A DNA stretch of 64,000 nucleotides from Octopus vulgaris (taxonomy: Eukaryota). The position numbers and the translations under genes were made by a program. The notes under the pieces were generated by a model, which was given only the letters and a program-made list of their open reading frames with translations, was not told where the DNA came from and made no database searches. The stretch spans positions 64,170,001-64,234,000 of the forward strand of contig OX597825.1 in NCBI GenBank assembly GCA_951406725.2. Direction: 5' to 3'. Shown one piece after another: positions 15,691 through 29,161 of this stretch (position 1 is its first letter; the number at the start of each line of letters is the position of its first letter).

Positions 15691-15747
15691 GTGAAAGTTT
15701 TGTTTGCTAGTGAGGTAATTAAGTTTACGGATAGACACTATTTCATC
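15691..15747 (+). other. Weak candidate short, probably non-coding exon
   Basis: tttcttgcgttctcttcgttttgtgcacAG| ... atc|GTAAGT. Confidence 0.2.
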
Positions 15748-16627
15748 GTAAGTCACTGAACTGTGTAGATTATTGATCAACGAATTTGCAGGCTTTATAT
15801 TGAATCCCGCTTAAGCATCACGAATAATGTGGTTAGAATGGACTGCTCACACATGACGAGAAATGCTCTGTTCCAGCTGTATACGTAATGACATTTAAAA
15901 TGGTTTAAAGAATGATATAATACATACATGTATATGTGTGCTTCTCTGTATATGTGCATGCGCGTTATACATGCAAATGCTGCATTGTATTTTAAATCGC
16001 ATTGAACAGTCATTCTTTTGTGAGCAATGAGATACAATTTCTGCTCAATAATGCGGTTGATATAAGGAGAGCTAGGATTAGAATGAAATAAATTTCCTGA
16101 TACCTCCATATTATCTAGGACGTGAATACATATATCCATTCCATTCCTTGTCAAATAAATACAGAAGAGAAACAAATCACTTTAAAGAGGTGAATGAAAT
16201 ACCTGCCTTTGCTTTAGCTTGAGAGTAATTATATTCGCGTTTTATTTGTATATTTCTTTTTATTTTACCTCATTGCGTTTCACTTCAATACTCTTACGCG
16301 TGTTTGAGATAGGAAGTGCCATCCACAGCTTTCTGAATATAATTGTTAGAAATTTAGTTTCTCCGTTACGTGCATGTCAATGCTATTGCGGAGAGCCTAA
16401 TTTGGAGACACCCTTTCAGTCCATCATCTTACCGTGACTCAATTAAAGCGAAGATAATTCTTTTTAATTATATCATTACAGAACACATATTAGATACCAG
16501 CGTACAAATATACTAAGTCATTTACAGTTTAAATGCAGCATTAAATGCAAAAATAGGAGAATACCTTTAGGCACTTACGTGACAAATGAAATACCTTTAT
16601 TATCAATTGAAATGTAATCTATGTAAC

Positions 16628-16987
16628 GTAACCTTTGCATCAGCATTTTATCATATAATCGTTTTGAATATAAGAAACAGTGTATTCCTTGTTTAAATAC
16701 TCTAATTTACCAAACTCCCTTTACATTGTGATCCCAAATGTATGTAGTATCGACGTCTCACATTTCATTCTTTAAGGGATCAGAAATTGTATACTTGACA
16801 GGTAAGGTAACCTTTGCATCAGCATCTTATCATATAATCGTTTTGAATATACGAAACAGTGTATTCCTTGTTTTAATACTCTGCTTAATTTAGCAAACTC
16901 CCTTTACATTGTGATCCAAATGTATGTAGTATTGATGTCTCACGTTTCATTCTTTAAGGGATCAGAAAATGCGTACTTGAGAGGTAG
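16628..16987. repeat. Tandem duplication, ~180 bp x2
   Basis: gtaacctttgcatcagcat...ttctttaagggatcagaaa...tacttga at 16628 and 16807. Confidence 0.9.
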
Positions 16988-19086
16988 CATCATTAATTGT
17001 AGTGCTTTTATCAAAATTTACCACACTAAGACAATGGAAATTTTACAAAAACATACTGGATATATTAGTTATCATTTCCTTGTCATTAAATCAATTGACG
17101 TTATAGCAAACTGATATAGCTCTTAAATACAAAGGTAAATTTAATCATGCTTACCCTTTCTCTCATAGTCTCTACTGATTCTTGGAAACGAATATTTGCA
17201 CTGGTGATTTATAAAGATACGTTGTATTCTTCCTCAAAACTCAAAAAAAAGGAAGGACGATTAACTGTTCTACTTGGTGTTGTTAACCTTAACATCGATT
17301 TGTTATAGAAACACAGCGTTACATATTGATTAGTGATTCAAACAGAATGATCTGATAATAATAATGTTTTTTAAGACTATTAATATTATAACTAAAGTGG
17401 AATGGCTTCAAACACGCTATTTATATTATGTCGTTCAGTGATTAACTTTTATTGTGGCGAGTTCAATATAAATTTGGTTAATATTGATTTCATTCTTAGA
17501 ACTAGAACCATATATCCATAGAGAAGCGCTAAATGAAAAGTTGCTTCAGTAAAGTGAATTAATTTAAAGCCATTGAGATGTTCACTAAATGGAAACATAT
17601 CTCTCGTTAAATGACACCATTGCTTTCTTGGAAGGTCTGAAGTGTGTTGAATTACGTGAAAATATCTAGTGAGATGCACCTCTAAAGAAATAGTTATTCT
17701 TGGTTTTTTTAAGGGTTGTCGGAAGATAGGAAGAGCAGGAAATCTAGCAGATATAAACACTGTTATGTATACAGGTAAACATATGCACATAAACATATAA
17801 TCATATACAGGCAGAAATGCACAGAGACATATGTGTACGCACATATTGGTGTGAGTGTATACGTATAAGTGCGCCTATTTTGTTTGTGTCTTTGTGTATT
17901 TGTATGACAGTTGGTAGGGAGGAATACACAATTCCTGTTGAAATTGTCAGCTTTGGAATAATAGCTATAGTAGATTTCACATAGGATCTTCAGACTTGCA
18001 TGTTTAGTACTGATTACAGCCATTGTATACATATGTGTATGTCGAAGGTTGATGGAACAGGTCACTTTTAGAGGATAATGTCGGTTTACAATCACAACCG
18101 ATATATTACTATCATTAAGATATTTGCTTTGCCGATTACAGGTAAAGACAGTATACAAGTATTCTCACAGAATTATCCACGAAAGTTGTGAACACAGGAG
18201 ATATCACACTATTGCAAAAGCATTAAAGTTGCAAACAATGTGAATTTTTTTTGATATACAAAATAAATGATATCTACTTGTAAATAACTAACAGAAAGAA
18301 AACAAATGAAATTATGTTTTGTTATATAATATAAATATCAAATAGCCAGATATCTCATTGTTTTAAGTTTAGCATTATTGTGACATAATGCCGTGGTTAG
18401 CCAGATAGAATCACTGCGTCAGATTACAGGTTGTTTGTAGAAGAGTGAATAAATCGTCTCTCATTTGTCAACTTAGTCGATCTAGCTCCAATTAGATTGT
18501 GTAAGTATATAGAGACTATCATTGCGAATCTAAATCTGCAGCAATATATTCTACTGATTTGAAACATTATATGTGTGAAAAATATAAAACAAAATGCGGC
18601 TATAATGACTCATATGTGACATTCATTACTCAATAACTTCAGCTTACAATGATTCAAACACGATATTATACAATGTGCAATATTAGATTGGTCATGGGCT
18701 CTTAAGAGATATAAGATTACCAAAAATTACAGTCATTTTATGTATTATGTAGCAGTATTTGTATATGTAGAATCGATATTACAGAATGGCTAAGTTATCT
18801 TCGCCAATACATGATCGAGAGTGCGGTCTTAATGCGAGTTAACTGGGGTAAATATCATTTCTCAGTTTTATCCTGACCGATATATGTCAGTAAATCTGGG
18901 GTGATGGAAACTGGAGAGAAACACGTCGTTAGATGGCGCCAATAATTTAAAAAGCATAGGCTTTGTTGCCTAGCCTGAGTCGTTGATTCTAAATGAGAAT
19001 TACAATAAGGTCACATGTATCTGTAGAATACTCATCTACTTACACGTAATTAATTCAGAAAAAATGCGGAAAAGTTTCGGTAATTA

Positions 19087-20262
19087 TATTAGGCCAACCC
19101 ATAAATAATGCGGGTTTTTTTATATTTCTTTTATTTTTCAAAATTATGATAAACAATGATTTGTTTTTTTAATCTAAAATATACTCTCCTTCATTTTCTA
19201 TTATGTTGTTCCATCTAAATGCAGCGAGCTGGCAGAAACGTTAGCACGCCGTGTGAAATGCTCAGCGGTATTTCTTCTGCCGCTACGTTCTGAGTTCAAA
19301 TTCCGCCAAGGTCGACTTTGCCTTTCATCCTTTCGGGGTCGATAAATTAAGTGCCAGTTACGCACTGGGGTCGATGTAATCGACTTAATACCTATGTCTG
19401 TCCTTGTTTGTCCCCTCTGTGTTTAGCTCCTTGTGGGTAATAAAGAAATAGGTATTTCGTTCTGTCGTTACGTTCTGAGTTCAAATTCCGCCAAGGTCGA
19501 CTTTGCCTTTCATCCTTTCGGGGTCGATAAATTAAGTACCAGTTACGCACTGGGGTCGATGTAATCGACTTAATACCTATGTCTGTCCTTGTTTGTCCCC
19601 TCTATGTTTAGCTCCTTGTGGGTAATAAAGAAATAGGTATTTCGTCTGTCGTTACGTTCTGAGTTCAAATTCCGCTGATGTTGACTTTGCCTTTCATCCT
19701 TTCTGGGTCGATTAAATAAGTGCCATTTACGCACTGGGGTCGATATAATCGACTTCATCCTTTGGTCTGTTCTTGTTTGTCACCTTTGTGGGTAGTAAAG
19801 AAATAGATATTACCTCTGTCTTTACGTTCTGAGTTCCAATTTCGCCGAGGGTGACTTTGCCTTTCATCCTTTCCGGATCGATAAATTAAGTACCAGTTGC
19901 GGACTGAGGTCGACCTAATCGACTGGATGCCTCCCTAAAAGTTTCGGGTATTGTGCTTAAAGTAGAAAAGAATATTCTTCCATCTATCTGGTAGACTTGC
20001 CAAGTCCCTCTTCCAAAATTCACTTGTCCGTGACAAAAAATATTCCTATGGTAATGTTCTGAACTCGTCTACAGAATTCATATTTTTTTCTGTCCGAATG
20101 AATATGAAACCTGTAGAATAAATATTTATCAGGTGGAGCAATGTCCGGCGGATATGGTGGGTGAGGCATTGTTTCTCATTCAAACTGCTCCGGCCTTTAG
20201 AATATCACAGTAACTGGCAGAGCATTGACCTGATGGAAGAAACGCGTTTCGTCTTGATACCA
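19087..20262 (-). mobile_element. mariner transposon 3' half (D..D catalytic region) interrupted by a SINE array
   Basis: Minus translation FHQVNALP...MPHPPYPPDIAPPDKYLF...LPDRW|NNIIENEGEYILD* (cf. HDNARPH, HPPYSPDLAPSD). TIR-like tattaggccaacccataaataatgcgg at 19087. Confidence 0.85.
19221..19975 (+). mobile_element. Nin/Deu-domain-like tRNA SINE, four-unit tandem array
   Basis: Head gcgagctggcagaaacgttagcacg plus a B-box-like gagttcaaattcc and the core gtcgactttgcctttcatcctttcggggtcgataaa, repeated four times at ~180 bp period. TSD ttccatcta at 19209 and 19978. Confidence 0.88.
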
Positions 20263-21907
20263 ATAATGGTCGTTATATGTGTGTGTATATGAGTGAAATT
20301 CAATATGCATGTATGTGTGTGAATTAAATATATATATAGGAATATGACAAATTTCTATACAGCTTCATGTATTTTGAGAGAGTGAAGAAGTTATTCGATT
20401 GGTTTTCGTGTCATATGATTTTATTAACTCGAAGTGAAAGAAAGACATTCGAGTGGTAAGGAATAAATTTACCATCTAGAGGAATGTCGCTAATTCATAC
20501 CGCCACCTAAATTGAAATGATGATGTAAGCTTTGTTGTACACTATTACACTATTACAATATTAATAGATTTGTTTGTCAATCAACACCACACTATTTTTA
20601 CCGTATTACATATCGAAATTCTTTCACTCTGTCTCTCTGTCTCTAGGCTATCTTATATACTTTCTGTCTATTACTTTTCCCATGTATTTATCGGCACTCC
20701 AATTCCTCCGTGTCATTTTGTTTCAATCTGAAAATAGCCATTTTTATAGTTGTCATAATGATTTAAATGCGATACGAAAATCAAATCCGGGCAAATGCAC
20801 TTTTACCGAAATACTCCTTAGATCTGAAACATTGATAATAACTCTTTATGAAGTTGAAGAACTCATTTGACTAGCTAATCTAATTAACAGAGCTTTGTTT
20901 CTAATAGCCTATTGCCATAGCATAGATTAATATTTAACTATTCGTAATATTCCTACAGTATTATATTGTGGTCTTGTTACTTATCCGTATTAATCATTAC
21001 CCATTCTAAGCAAATTAAAATCAGAAATGTATCCTTCTGAAGGCTAGATGCCAATAGAAAAGACGTTTAATGCAAGTATTTATTTACGATTGATGCAAAG
21101 ATTTCATTATTGTATCAAGTTTAGTAACACATGGATAAATTAATTTTTAAAGTGCTTTGCGATATTTGATCAAATACTACAGTTGACCAGATATAATATG
21201 TGGAAGATCTTAGAACTGATCAACTTTCACAGTTGATCAGATAATATATCGAAGAGCTTTGAATGCACTTTAATATCACTAAAGAAAATTTTGATTATAA
21301 GCATATGCATGGATAATTTTAGTGTCAGAGATTTGATTCAAATGTCCGCCTGATTTAATTATTTGCTGTGCCTTTGCTGCATGTATCTGTGTAATATTTG
21401 TAATTATTCTGCTTTGTATATATTCATTTGTACTTATTTAAATTTATTAATTTCATACATATTCATCCATCGACCTTCATATCAGTACGTATTTCCATTT
21501 CTCTATGTCTCTGTTACTCTTTCATATGAGTGTGAATGTGCGTATGTTTGTGTGTAAATATATATATACATATTTAATATGTAAATATATAATGTCTGGG
21601 TATGTCTGTCTGTATCATCAGTAACATCATCATCCGCATTATCATCAGCATCATCATCATCATAATCATCATCATTATCATCATCACTATTATCACCATT
21701 GTGATCACAGCTCCCTATATCTGCCTACTTTTTGTCTTCGTCCATTATAGTGTAGCAAATGATCTCGGTATTATAAGTATGGTGTCTCAGTAACATTTTT
21801 GCATGTTATAGAGACTTCTGTCTGTATGTATTTCGGTTATGTGTACGTCTGCATAATTATCGATTAGACCCAGAGGACCTATTTAATGAGGAGTGTTTCT
21901 AACTATA

Positions 21908-22870
21908 TACGAGGTGGTATCAAAAATGTTTGGAGACTAGTTATGTTTAGTAAAAAAAATTATATATCTTTTATCTTTTACATGTTTCAGTCATTAGACT
22001 GCCGCCATGCTGGGGCACCGCCGTGGATTTTTTTGTCGAATGAATCGACCCCAGTACTTACTAATTTTTAAAGTTTGGTATTTATTTTATCGCTAAGCAA
22101 AGCGGACGTAAACACACCAACACCGGTTGAAAGATGAAATGAAGCCGTTCGGCCTCACCTACGAGCAACTTTATTGAATCTATTAATAAAACTTTTTTTG
22201 AACCCTATTTTATAAGACAAATGTTAGCGACAGCTAATTATCATTCCTCCGAAGGATATTTACATTGTGCTTCTTTAAAATGCCATAAACAATTACTTGC
22301 CTAGGCGTGTTGTTCTTCGTGCTTGCTGGTCCGCAGGTGGAGGATACGTGGCAGAGACACGCCGCGTGTTCAATTCAGACGTTGGGATTGCCTGCACTGA
22401 TCCATACATCAGACCAACAACATCAGCAATGTCGTTGAATGTTCTCCGACGATCCTCAAACACAACCTGATGAATTCTCACATTTCTGGGGGCTACGCAC
22501 GTAGCAGGTCTTCCAATTTACTCATCGTCTTCCAGGGACGTTCTTCCCCTTATTAAATGTCCGTGCCACTCAAAACTAAATGCCACGTCGCCATAACCTT
22601 TCTGAAGTATGCTCAATGGCTCTGTAGCAGACGTCCCATGTTAAACGCAAAGTTTCATGTTGGTTCTTTGTTCCAACACGCTATCGGACAAAATCACAGA
22701 CTACAGTATACATGTTATTCAAAAAACACAAATTTCTCAACTTTCAAAGTTAACCCAGCTATCTCACTCGGCACACTGCCCCATGAAGGTCAGTGATAGC
22801 TCTTACTGCGCACTCAAACTCGTGCTGCCATCTGTAGAACTAGTCCGCAAACGTTTTGTTTCCACGTACG
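21908..22870 (-). mobile_element. Internally deleted mariner element with both TIRs
   Basis: TIRs tacgaggtggtatcaaaaatgtttggagactagtt (21908) and aactagtccgcaaacgttttgtttccacgtacg (22838). Minus translation LEQRTNMKLCV...GYGD...FEWH...GRTSLEDDE.IGRP...DRRRTFNDIADVVG..YGSVQAI is a mariner HTH N-terminus. Confidence 0.85.
21965..22130 (-). mobile_element. 3' part of SINE group 2 inserted in the mariner remnant
   Basis: tttcagtcattagactgc.gccatgctggggcacc...gtaaacacaccaacaccggttg matches 56960-57130. Confidence 0.7.
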
Positions 22871-22980
22871 CTTTACTCCAGTTATCTCTATTTGATAATC
22901 ATGTCCTTATTATAATTTCATTAGGAAATGCATCATCATGTGCCGGGATTGATGTGTTCGTTAGATGGTAATTCGTTTAA

Positions 22981-23212
22981 AGGCGGCGAGCTGGCCGAAT
23001 CGTTAGCAGGCCGGGCGAAATGCGTGGCCGTATTTCGTCTGCCGTTACGTTCTGAGTTCAAATTCCGCCGAGGTCGACTTTGCCTTTCATCCTTTCGGGG
23101 TCGATAAATTAAGCACCAGTTACGCACTGGGGTCGATGTAATCGACTTAATCCGTTTGTCTGTCCTTGTTTGTCCTCTCTGTGTTTAGCCCCTTGTGGGT
23201 AGTAAAGAAATA
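22981..23212 (+). mobile_element. Nin/Deu-domain-like SINE, full length
   Basis: Same head and core as 19221. 12-bp TSD ggtaattcgttt at 22967 and 23213. Confidence 0.92.
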
Positions 23213-23650
23213 GGTAATTCGTTTGCTGTAGTTTCTTGAAAGCAAGAATTGGCCTCTCAAAACATAACTCCCAAATGCACCGAATACCAGGAATTATCTG
23301 AAAATTGTGCTAACACTTTTATCAGAGTTTAAAATCTTTCTTACCTGAGTAACAAAAATTGCAGATTCTCATGAATGATACAGAGAAACTTTTACTAACG
23401 TAGAATTGGATGGTAGAACTTCTTTAATTTCATTTCTAACACTAATAATTTTTTCATCGAAATCTGAATGATCAGATGGAAGTTGTATTCTGTGAAACAT
23501 AAAGTGAAAACCAACACCTACGATACAAAATAATACGAAATCCATTTTCCTATATATTACTCTCGGTTCGAATATGTAGCCAAACTTTCATATGTTTGCG
23601 TGTGTGAGTGTGTGTCTGTGTCTGTCTGTCTGTCTGTTTTTCTGTGTGAA

Positions 23651-23658
23651 TAATAATA

Positions 23659-23720
<62 letters not shown>

Positions 23721-23741
23721 GATGACGATGACGATGACGAT

Positions 23742-23788
<47 letters not shown>

Positions 23789-23854
23789 TGACGATGATGA
23801 TGATGATGATGATGGTAGCGGTGGTGGTGGTGGTGGTGGTGATGGTGATGATGG

Positions 23855-23885
<31 letters not shown>
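23651..23885. repeat. Compound (GAT)/(GAC)/(GGT)n microsatellite
   Basis: Directly visible. Confidence 0.95.
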
Positions 23886-23914
23886 ATCTCCTAATATATT
23901 CTGAGATAATAAAG

Positions 23915-24110
23915 CAGAGAGCTGGCCGTATCGTTAGCACGCTGAAAACAAGGCTTATCAGCATTCCTTTCTGAGTTCAAATCTGCCGAGGTCGGCTTTG
24001 CCCTTTATCATTTCAGGCTCGGTAATATAAGTACCAGTTGATCACTGGGGTCAGTTTAATCGACTTTCTCCCTCCCACGAATTTTGCTGTTCTCTTGCCA
24101 AAATTCAAAA
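23915..24110 (+). mobile_element. Diverged Nin/Deu-domain-like SINE
   Basis: gagctggccgtatcgttagcacg...gagttcaaatctgccgaggtcggctttgccctttatc...aagtaccag. Confidence 0.75.
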
Positions 24111-24314
24111 ACCAACATATTTTAATATATTATATTTTGGTTCTTTCTAATACACCCTCGACATTATGTCGGCACCTAAACGCATCTATTTTTTTCATTA
24201 AAGAACTGAAAGCTTAAAAATCTAAATACTTATAGAATTAGACTCTGCGTTATGCAAATATGTACATTAAGGTATACAATATATGGTAAAAGTTGATGTA
24301 GCCTATTAAAAGTT

Positions 24315-24616
24315 GTTTGTTCCTTCTCGGACCATGCCTGGCTTATAAGGGCCGGTTTCCCGGTTTCCTTGGCGTATAGGTTCCCCACCTGGACAGGACG
24401 CCGGCTTTTCGCAGGTGAGCTGCAAGATGCAGGAGGAAAGAGTGAGAGAAAGTCGAGGCGAAAGAGTCAGCAGAAATTCACCATTACTTTCTGCCGGAGC
24501 CTCGTGAAACTTAGGTGTTTCGCTCATAAGCACACACATTGCCCTGACCGAGATTCGAACCCGTGGTCCCTCGATCGCGAATCCGCTGCTCTAACCACTA
24601 AGCCATGTGCCCCCAC
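24315..24616 (-). mobile_element. tRNA-derived SINE with a group-3-like head and a different tail
   Basis: Head gtgggggcacatggcttagtggttagagcagcggattcgcg...ggttcgaatctc. 13-bp TSD cctattaaaagtt at 24302 and 24617. Confidence 0.88.
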
Positions 24617-27249
24617 CCTATTAAAAGTTAATAAAGAAATATTCAAAAGAGGGGTTCACAGTTTGAGACGTAAAATATCAAGCTAAGCTTGTAAGTTCTT
24701 ACTTCCCACAGATTACACGTACGTTTAAATCACTTTAAATGCATTTGTTTATCTTAATTTTTTTTAACGTCAAAATACTCTGTGTATTGTTCTGGAGCAC
24801 CTTCGTATAAGTTTTAGCTGTCAGTTTCAACCCCAAAATATCGAAAGTTTAATTGCTGATTTTATAGACTAACATTCTCTCACACACGCAAATTGAGTAT
24901 TAGTTTATGAAATTAGTGAAATATTTTTGCCGCTGACCGTGAATGGAATTAATTCAGACAGATGGAAAATAATATTCTGTTCTTCATCTTAGCCTCATTC
25001 TGCGGACAGAATATGCTGATTTATGTCAAAGCTAATTATACTCAATATTTGTGACAGTTCCAATTTATCTAAATGATGAATTACTTTAAAATCACTTGTA
25101 TGGCAAGTTCCGTTTAAACTGGTGATTGAAAGCCAAAATAACAGAGTTAAAAATATAATCGGAAAAAATTGTTGGTCAAAAACTCATTTGTTTTCTACAC
25201 TAAGAAATTTATTTTTGGAATTCTAAATTGTAAAATAATATCAAATTTATTTAGTTTTTGAAATGTTAAAACAATAAAAGCACAAGGTTTCTGGAAGAAA
25301 ATCAAATATCTGTATTTATGGACGCATATGGAAATATAAATTAGAAAATAAATTTGTTTTAAAATATTTCACATTGAACAAATTATTTTGACTTACATTA
25401 ATTATTTCTGACGAGGATGTAGCTTACGTTTGTTGAGTAGAGTGTATGAGCAAAGAATCGATTCCACTAAAGAAATTGCAGATATTTATGTTGAAGAAAG
25501 GAGATATTAAGCTCACATAATAATATACAAAACAGTGGAACACACGTCTAAAGGTATTCCAATCGTAGTCCCTCTTCTCACTCTGACATAAGTTGGGATG
25601 ACATTAATGAAGGTATAAGAAAACTTGCAGTTTTAAGTTCAAATCTTGCTTTAGATCAAATTTTTATGTATCATTTCTCGAGCGATGTGTCGATTCAGGA
25701 AATCAATAATTTACTAATGATAGTAGTGGTGATTACTGAAATAAAGAAATTCCCGTCAAGACCTAATTGTTCAATTTACTTTTGTTCTTCGCATTTCAGA
25801 TTTAAGGATTTATTTGGCTCTAATTTGTATTTCCTCGTTTCTGGTTCAGTAAAATACAATACAATTATGGTTGAATTAACTACACATCTTACTTAACTTT
25901 ATCTCAACCTGATAAGAATTGGATTTTTGCCTAGTCAAATACAATCAATATATCAAATATATTCCCTCGGGAGTGGAAAGATGACGGCTTAAATAATTGT
26001 ATTATATTTAAGCACCTTTTAGTCTCGCATTAGCTTTCTTTTTCCTCTGGTTCGATAAAAACAATCCATTATTCTACTACTGGAATAGAATCAAGTTTTG
26101 TTGCAAAATTGGTTTCATTTAAGAGGGAGTTGAATGCAATAAAGTTTGTATCTTCGCCAGTTTATGACCATTACACCAATGACTGCAAATATATATCGTA
26201 AACTCTAAAACTTCTCACATTGAATCAAGGATCTCTTGCCCTGTGGAGTTTGCCATAAAGTGTTAAATATATGTTAACTAAACATTCTGAACATTTTAAC
26301 GAATAAATTCTGAATACTAATATTAAATATATAATCGAGATTAACACAAACACAGAGACAGAAATTTAGGAGTGGAACTCCCTAGGTTGTATCGAGTCCA
26401 CTAGAAAGAAATAATCTATTTTATTGAACTCTGATAGACGAAAGTTAAACATGACCTAGGCTAGATTTTAACGGATTATCCTCTAGTTCGTATACGGGTC
26501 AGGTCGATTGTTTGCGAATATTTTCCTCGTCCACACAATATTTAAGCGCCTTACAAAGGTTTAAGGGCGATGTGTTTGATCTTGACTTAGTTAACAATTT
26601 CAATGTAAAATCCTGGCAAATATACCGAAAGATATTTTGCCTGATGTTCTAAGAGTTCTGGTAATCTATCGTCCTTCTGTTACAGATATAAAAATTTCTG
26701 ATTCAGTAACCGATCGATCGATTCTGAATATATTCTGGTATGTTCGTAGTGAATATCTTATCGTTGTTTTTTGTCATCGGAGAAAACCTCTCTATATACG
26801 ATCTGTTTTCAAAACGCGTGTGACAAACTGTTGTAAGGGATCTGCACGTTGCTGCAATGTTTACTGATTATAGATATTAGTGAACATGATGCATGTTTAT
26901 ATCTACCACATAGATAATAATTCATGAAAAAAGCGCAGAACAGCGAATATCCAAATAATAACGTAATCTCTAATTCTAAACATATGAATCTTTTTTATTC
27001 TAGATATTTATGAAAACTATCTTGGAGAGTATTGTTTCGTACCAGTTTATGTTTCTTTAAAAGCGATATAAACTCATTTAATCATAAAGAGAAAACCAGA
27101 AGAAGCTATAGTTTGCGTAGTACGATGTTGTGACATTTTATTCGCTCTGCATCAGTTATACCTCCTATAAACATTTACTTTCAAGTGATGCTGTTATCAG
27201 TGTAGTTTTCACATATCCGATAAATATTTGAGAAGTGATTATTCCAACG

Positions 27250-27490
27250 CCACCAACATTGTGATGGGGAATTCTCCACCCGTATACTGGCAATGGGTAC
27301 AGATGCAGTCAACTTCAGAATAAAGGAGGCACATTTCATTAAAAATAGGACACGCAGCTTTCACCACTGGAAGGAACTTGATGGCTAATTCAAATATAGC
27401 TTGCGGAGCCTTCGATCAACACAAGTAATGGTTACCTTATAAAGCAAAATGAACCACTGATGAAGGATCTTTGATTCCAAAGCGCTAAAG
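27250..27490 (+). mobile_element. Possible Penelope GIY-YIG C-terminal remnant followed by an HHR-like motif
   Basis: HCDGEFSTRILAMGTDAVNFRIKEAHFIKN (cf. R.IKEA..I). CTGATGA-A-GGATC..GATTCC-AAA-GCGC-TA at 27457. Confidence 0.4.
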
Positions 27491-27575
27491 AACGTGAACG
27501 TAACCGAACTAGCCACAAGGCTCTACGCAGATCAAACACCATTCGTAATTCCTATCTAACTACTTAGCTCTTTGG

Positions 27576-27609
<34 letters not shown>

Positions 27610-27616
27610 GTCTATA

Positions 27617-27684
<68 letters not shown>

Positions 27685-28014
27685 CATCTGTAAGTCTGTC
27701 TGTCTTTCCTTCTATCTGTGAGTCTGTCTTTAAATCGTTGAATTTTAAAACTTTGAAACATTATATCTTTGAAAACTTCAAAAATGTTCGAGATCTTTCG
27801 AGAAAGGTCTGAGAATTTTTGGCATTTTTGCATTGTTCCAAAAACAGTCTCCGATTTTTTTTTCCTTTTGAAGTTTATGTAATCTGTTAACATCCCACCT
27901 TTAACTCTTTTTTATTTTCTCAAATTTTACTGTTTCCTGTCTTGTTCATTAGTGTTTTCGACTTTTCTTAATTTCTCTTAACTTACCTTCTCCTGATTTA
28001 TTTAGATACAATAT

Positions 28015-28280
28015 TTCACGACCATCTTTCACCTTCCGAACTAGGTGACTGCGTTGTCTGAGATGCGCCAGACACCCTATGACTTACTAGCTGTTTCAAA
28101 CTTATTGACCTCCATACCGAGCTTTTCCACAGCAAATATGTCGAATAGCCTCCCTTGGTCATGGCTTTATAATCAGTCACTTTATTGCTGCTTCCTAGTT
28201 TAAGTGACTGGCTATAGTACATAGTTTGTATTCTGCATAGTCATTACCCGGAGCCCCTACCGATGAGACCACCACATTTC
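28015..28280 (-). mobile_element. Possible RTE-type LINE 3' remnant
   Basis: Broken frames RIQTMYYSQSLKLG / EKLGMEVNKFETA...WRI resemble the RTE C-terminal region. Heavily decayed. Confidence 0.35.
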
Positions 28281-28294
28281 TCTTCACACATCCA

Positions 28295-28368
<74 letters not shown>

Positions 28369-28874
28369 GTTATTCCCGTTATCTTTCCCTTGCATTGACC
28401 AATTCATATCGTTTTATACGTTTTCCAATAGGAAAATTGTATACGGCATGAAATAGGCTAGTCGAAAATATGGTTATCGCGTCGGTTAAAAAATGTGTTG
28501 CGGATATTCTGACGACTGTTTGTAATATAAGTTCAAATTACGCCGGGGATGAGCTTGAATTTCATCGTTTAAACTGATACAGTAAAAAGCTAGTCAAGAA
28601 TTGAGGGCAGAGTAACATATGTTAATTACTACCAAGAAATCTCGGTATGACCTGTAATATTAAATCCGATATTATACATGAAGTTTATCGTTGTAAATCG
28701 AATCTTATTGCTAATCAAGAACGACGACCCGACATTATTAAACTATTCTGACAAGGAGGAAAAAATACAAGCTCTTACATATATTGCTTGTCAGAAAACA
28801 GCACGATTTATATATTAAACATTATAAAGCATATATTAATTGAAGTATATAAAAACAGACGAAATACAAATGCG

Positions 28875-28911
<37 letters not shown>

Positions 28912-29101
28912 ATGCATCTACTCATGAATTTTCATGTTCGTTAGTGTGTTTGCAAACGCACGCACGCACACACACTCAAACATACACACACAAACACACA
29001 CATGTTTGTGTAATGTGTTTAGTGTGAGTGTGTAGCTATGTATACAACCATCTATCTACCTATCAGTCTATCTATCTATTCTCTTTCTTTATCTCTCTTT
29101 A

Positions 29102-29161
<60 letters not shown>

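Noticed and set aside
23557-23964. Poly-His / poly-Asp / poly-Met ORFs
   Set aside because: Translations of a (GAT)n compound microsatellite with no splice or domain support.
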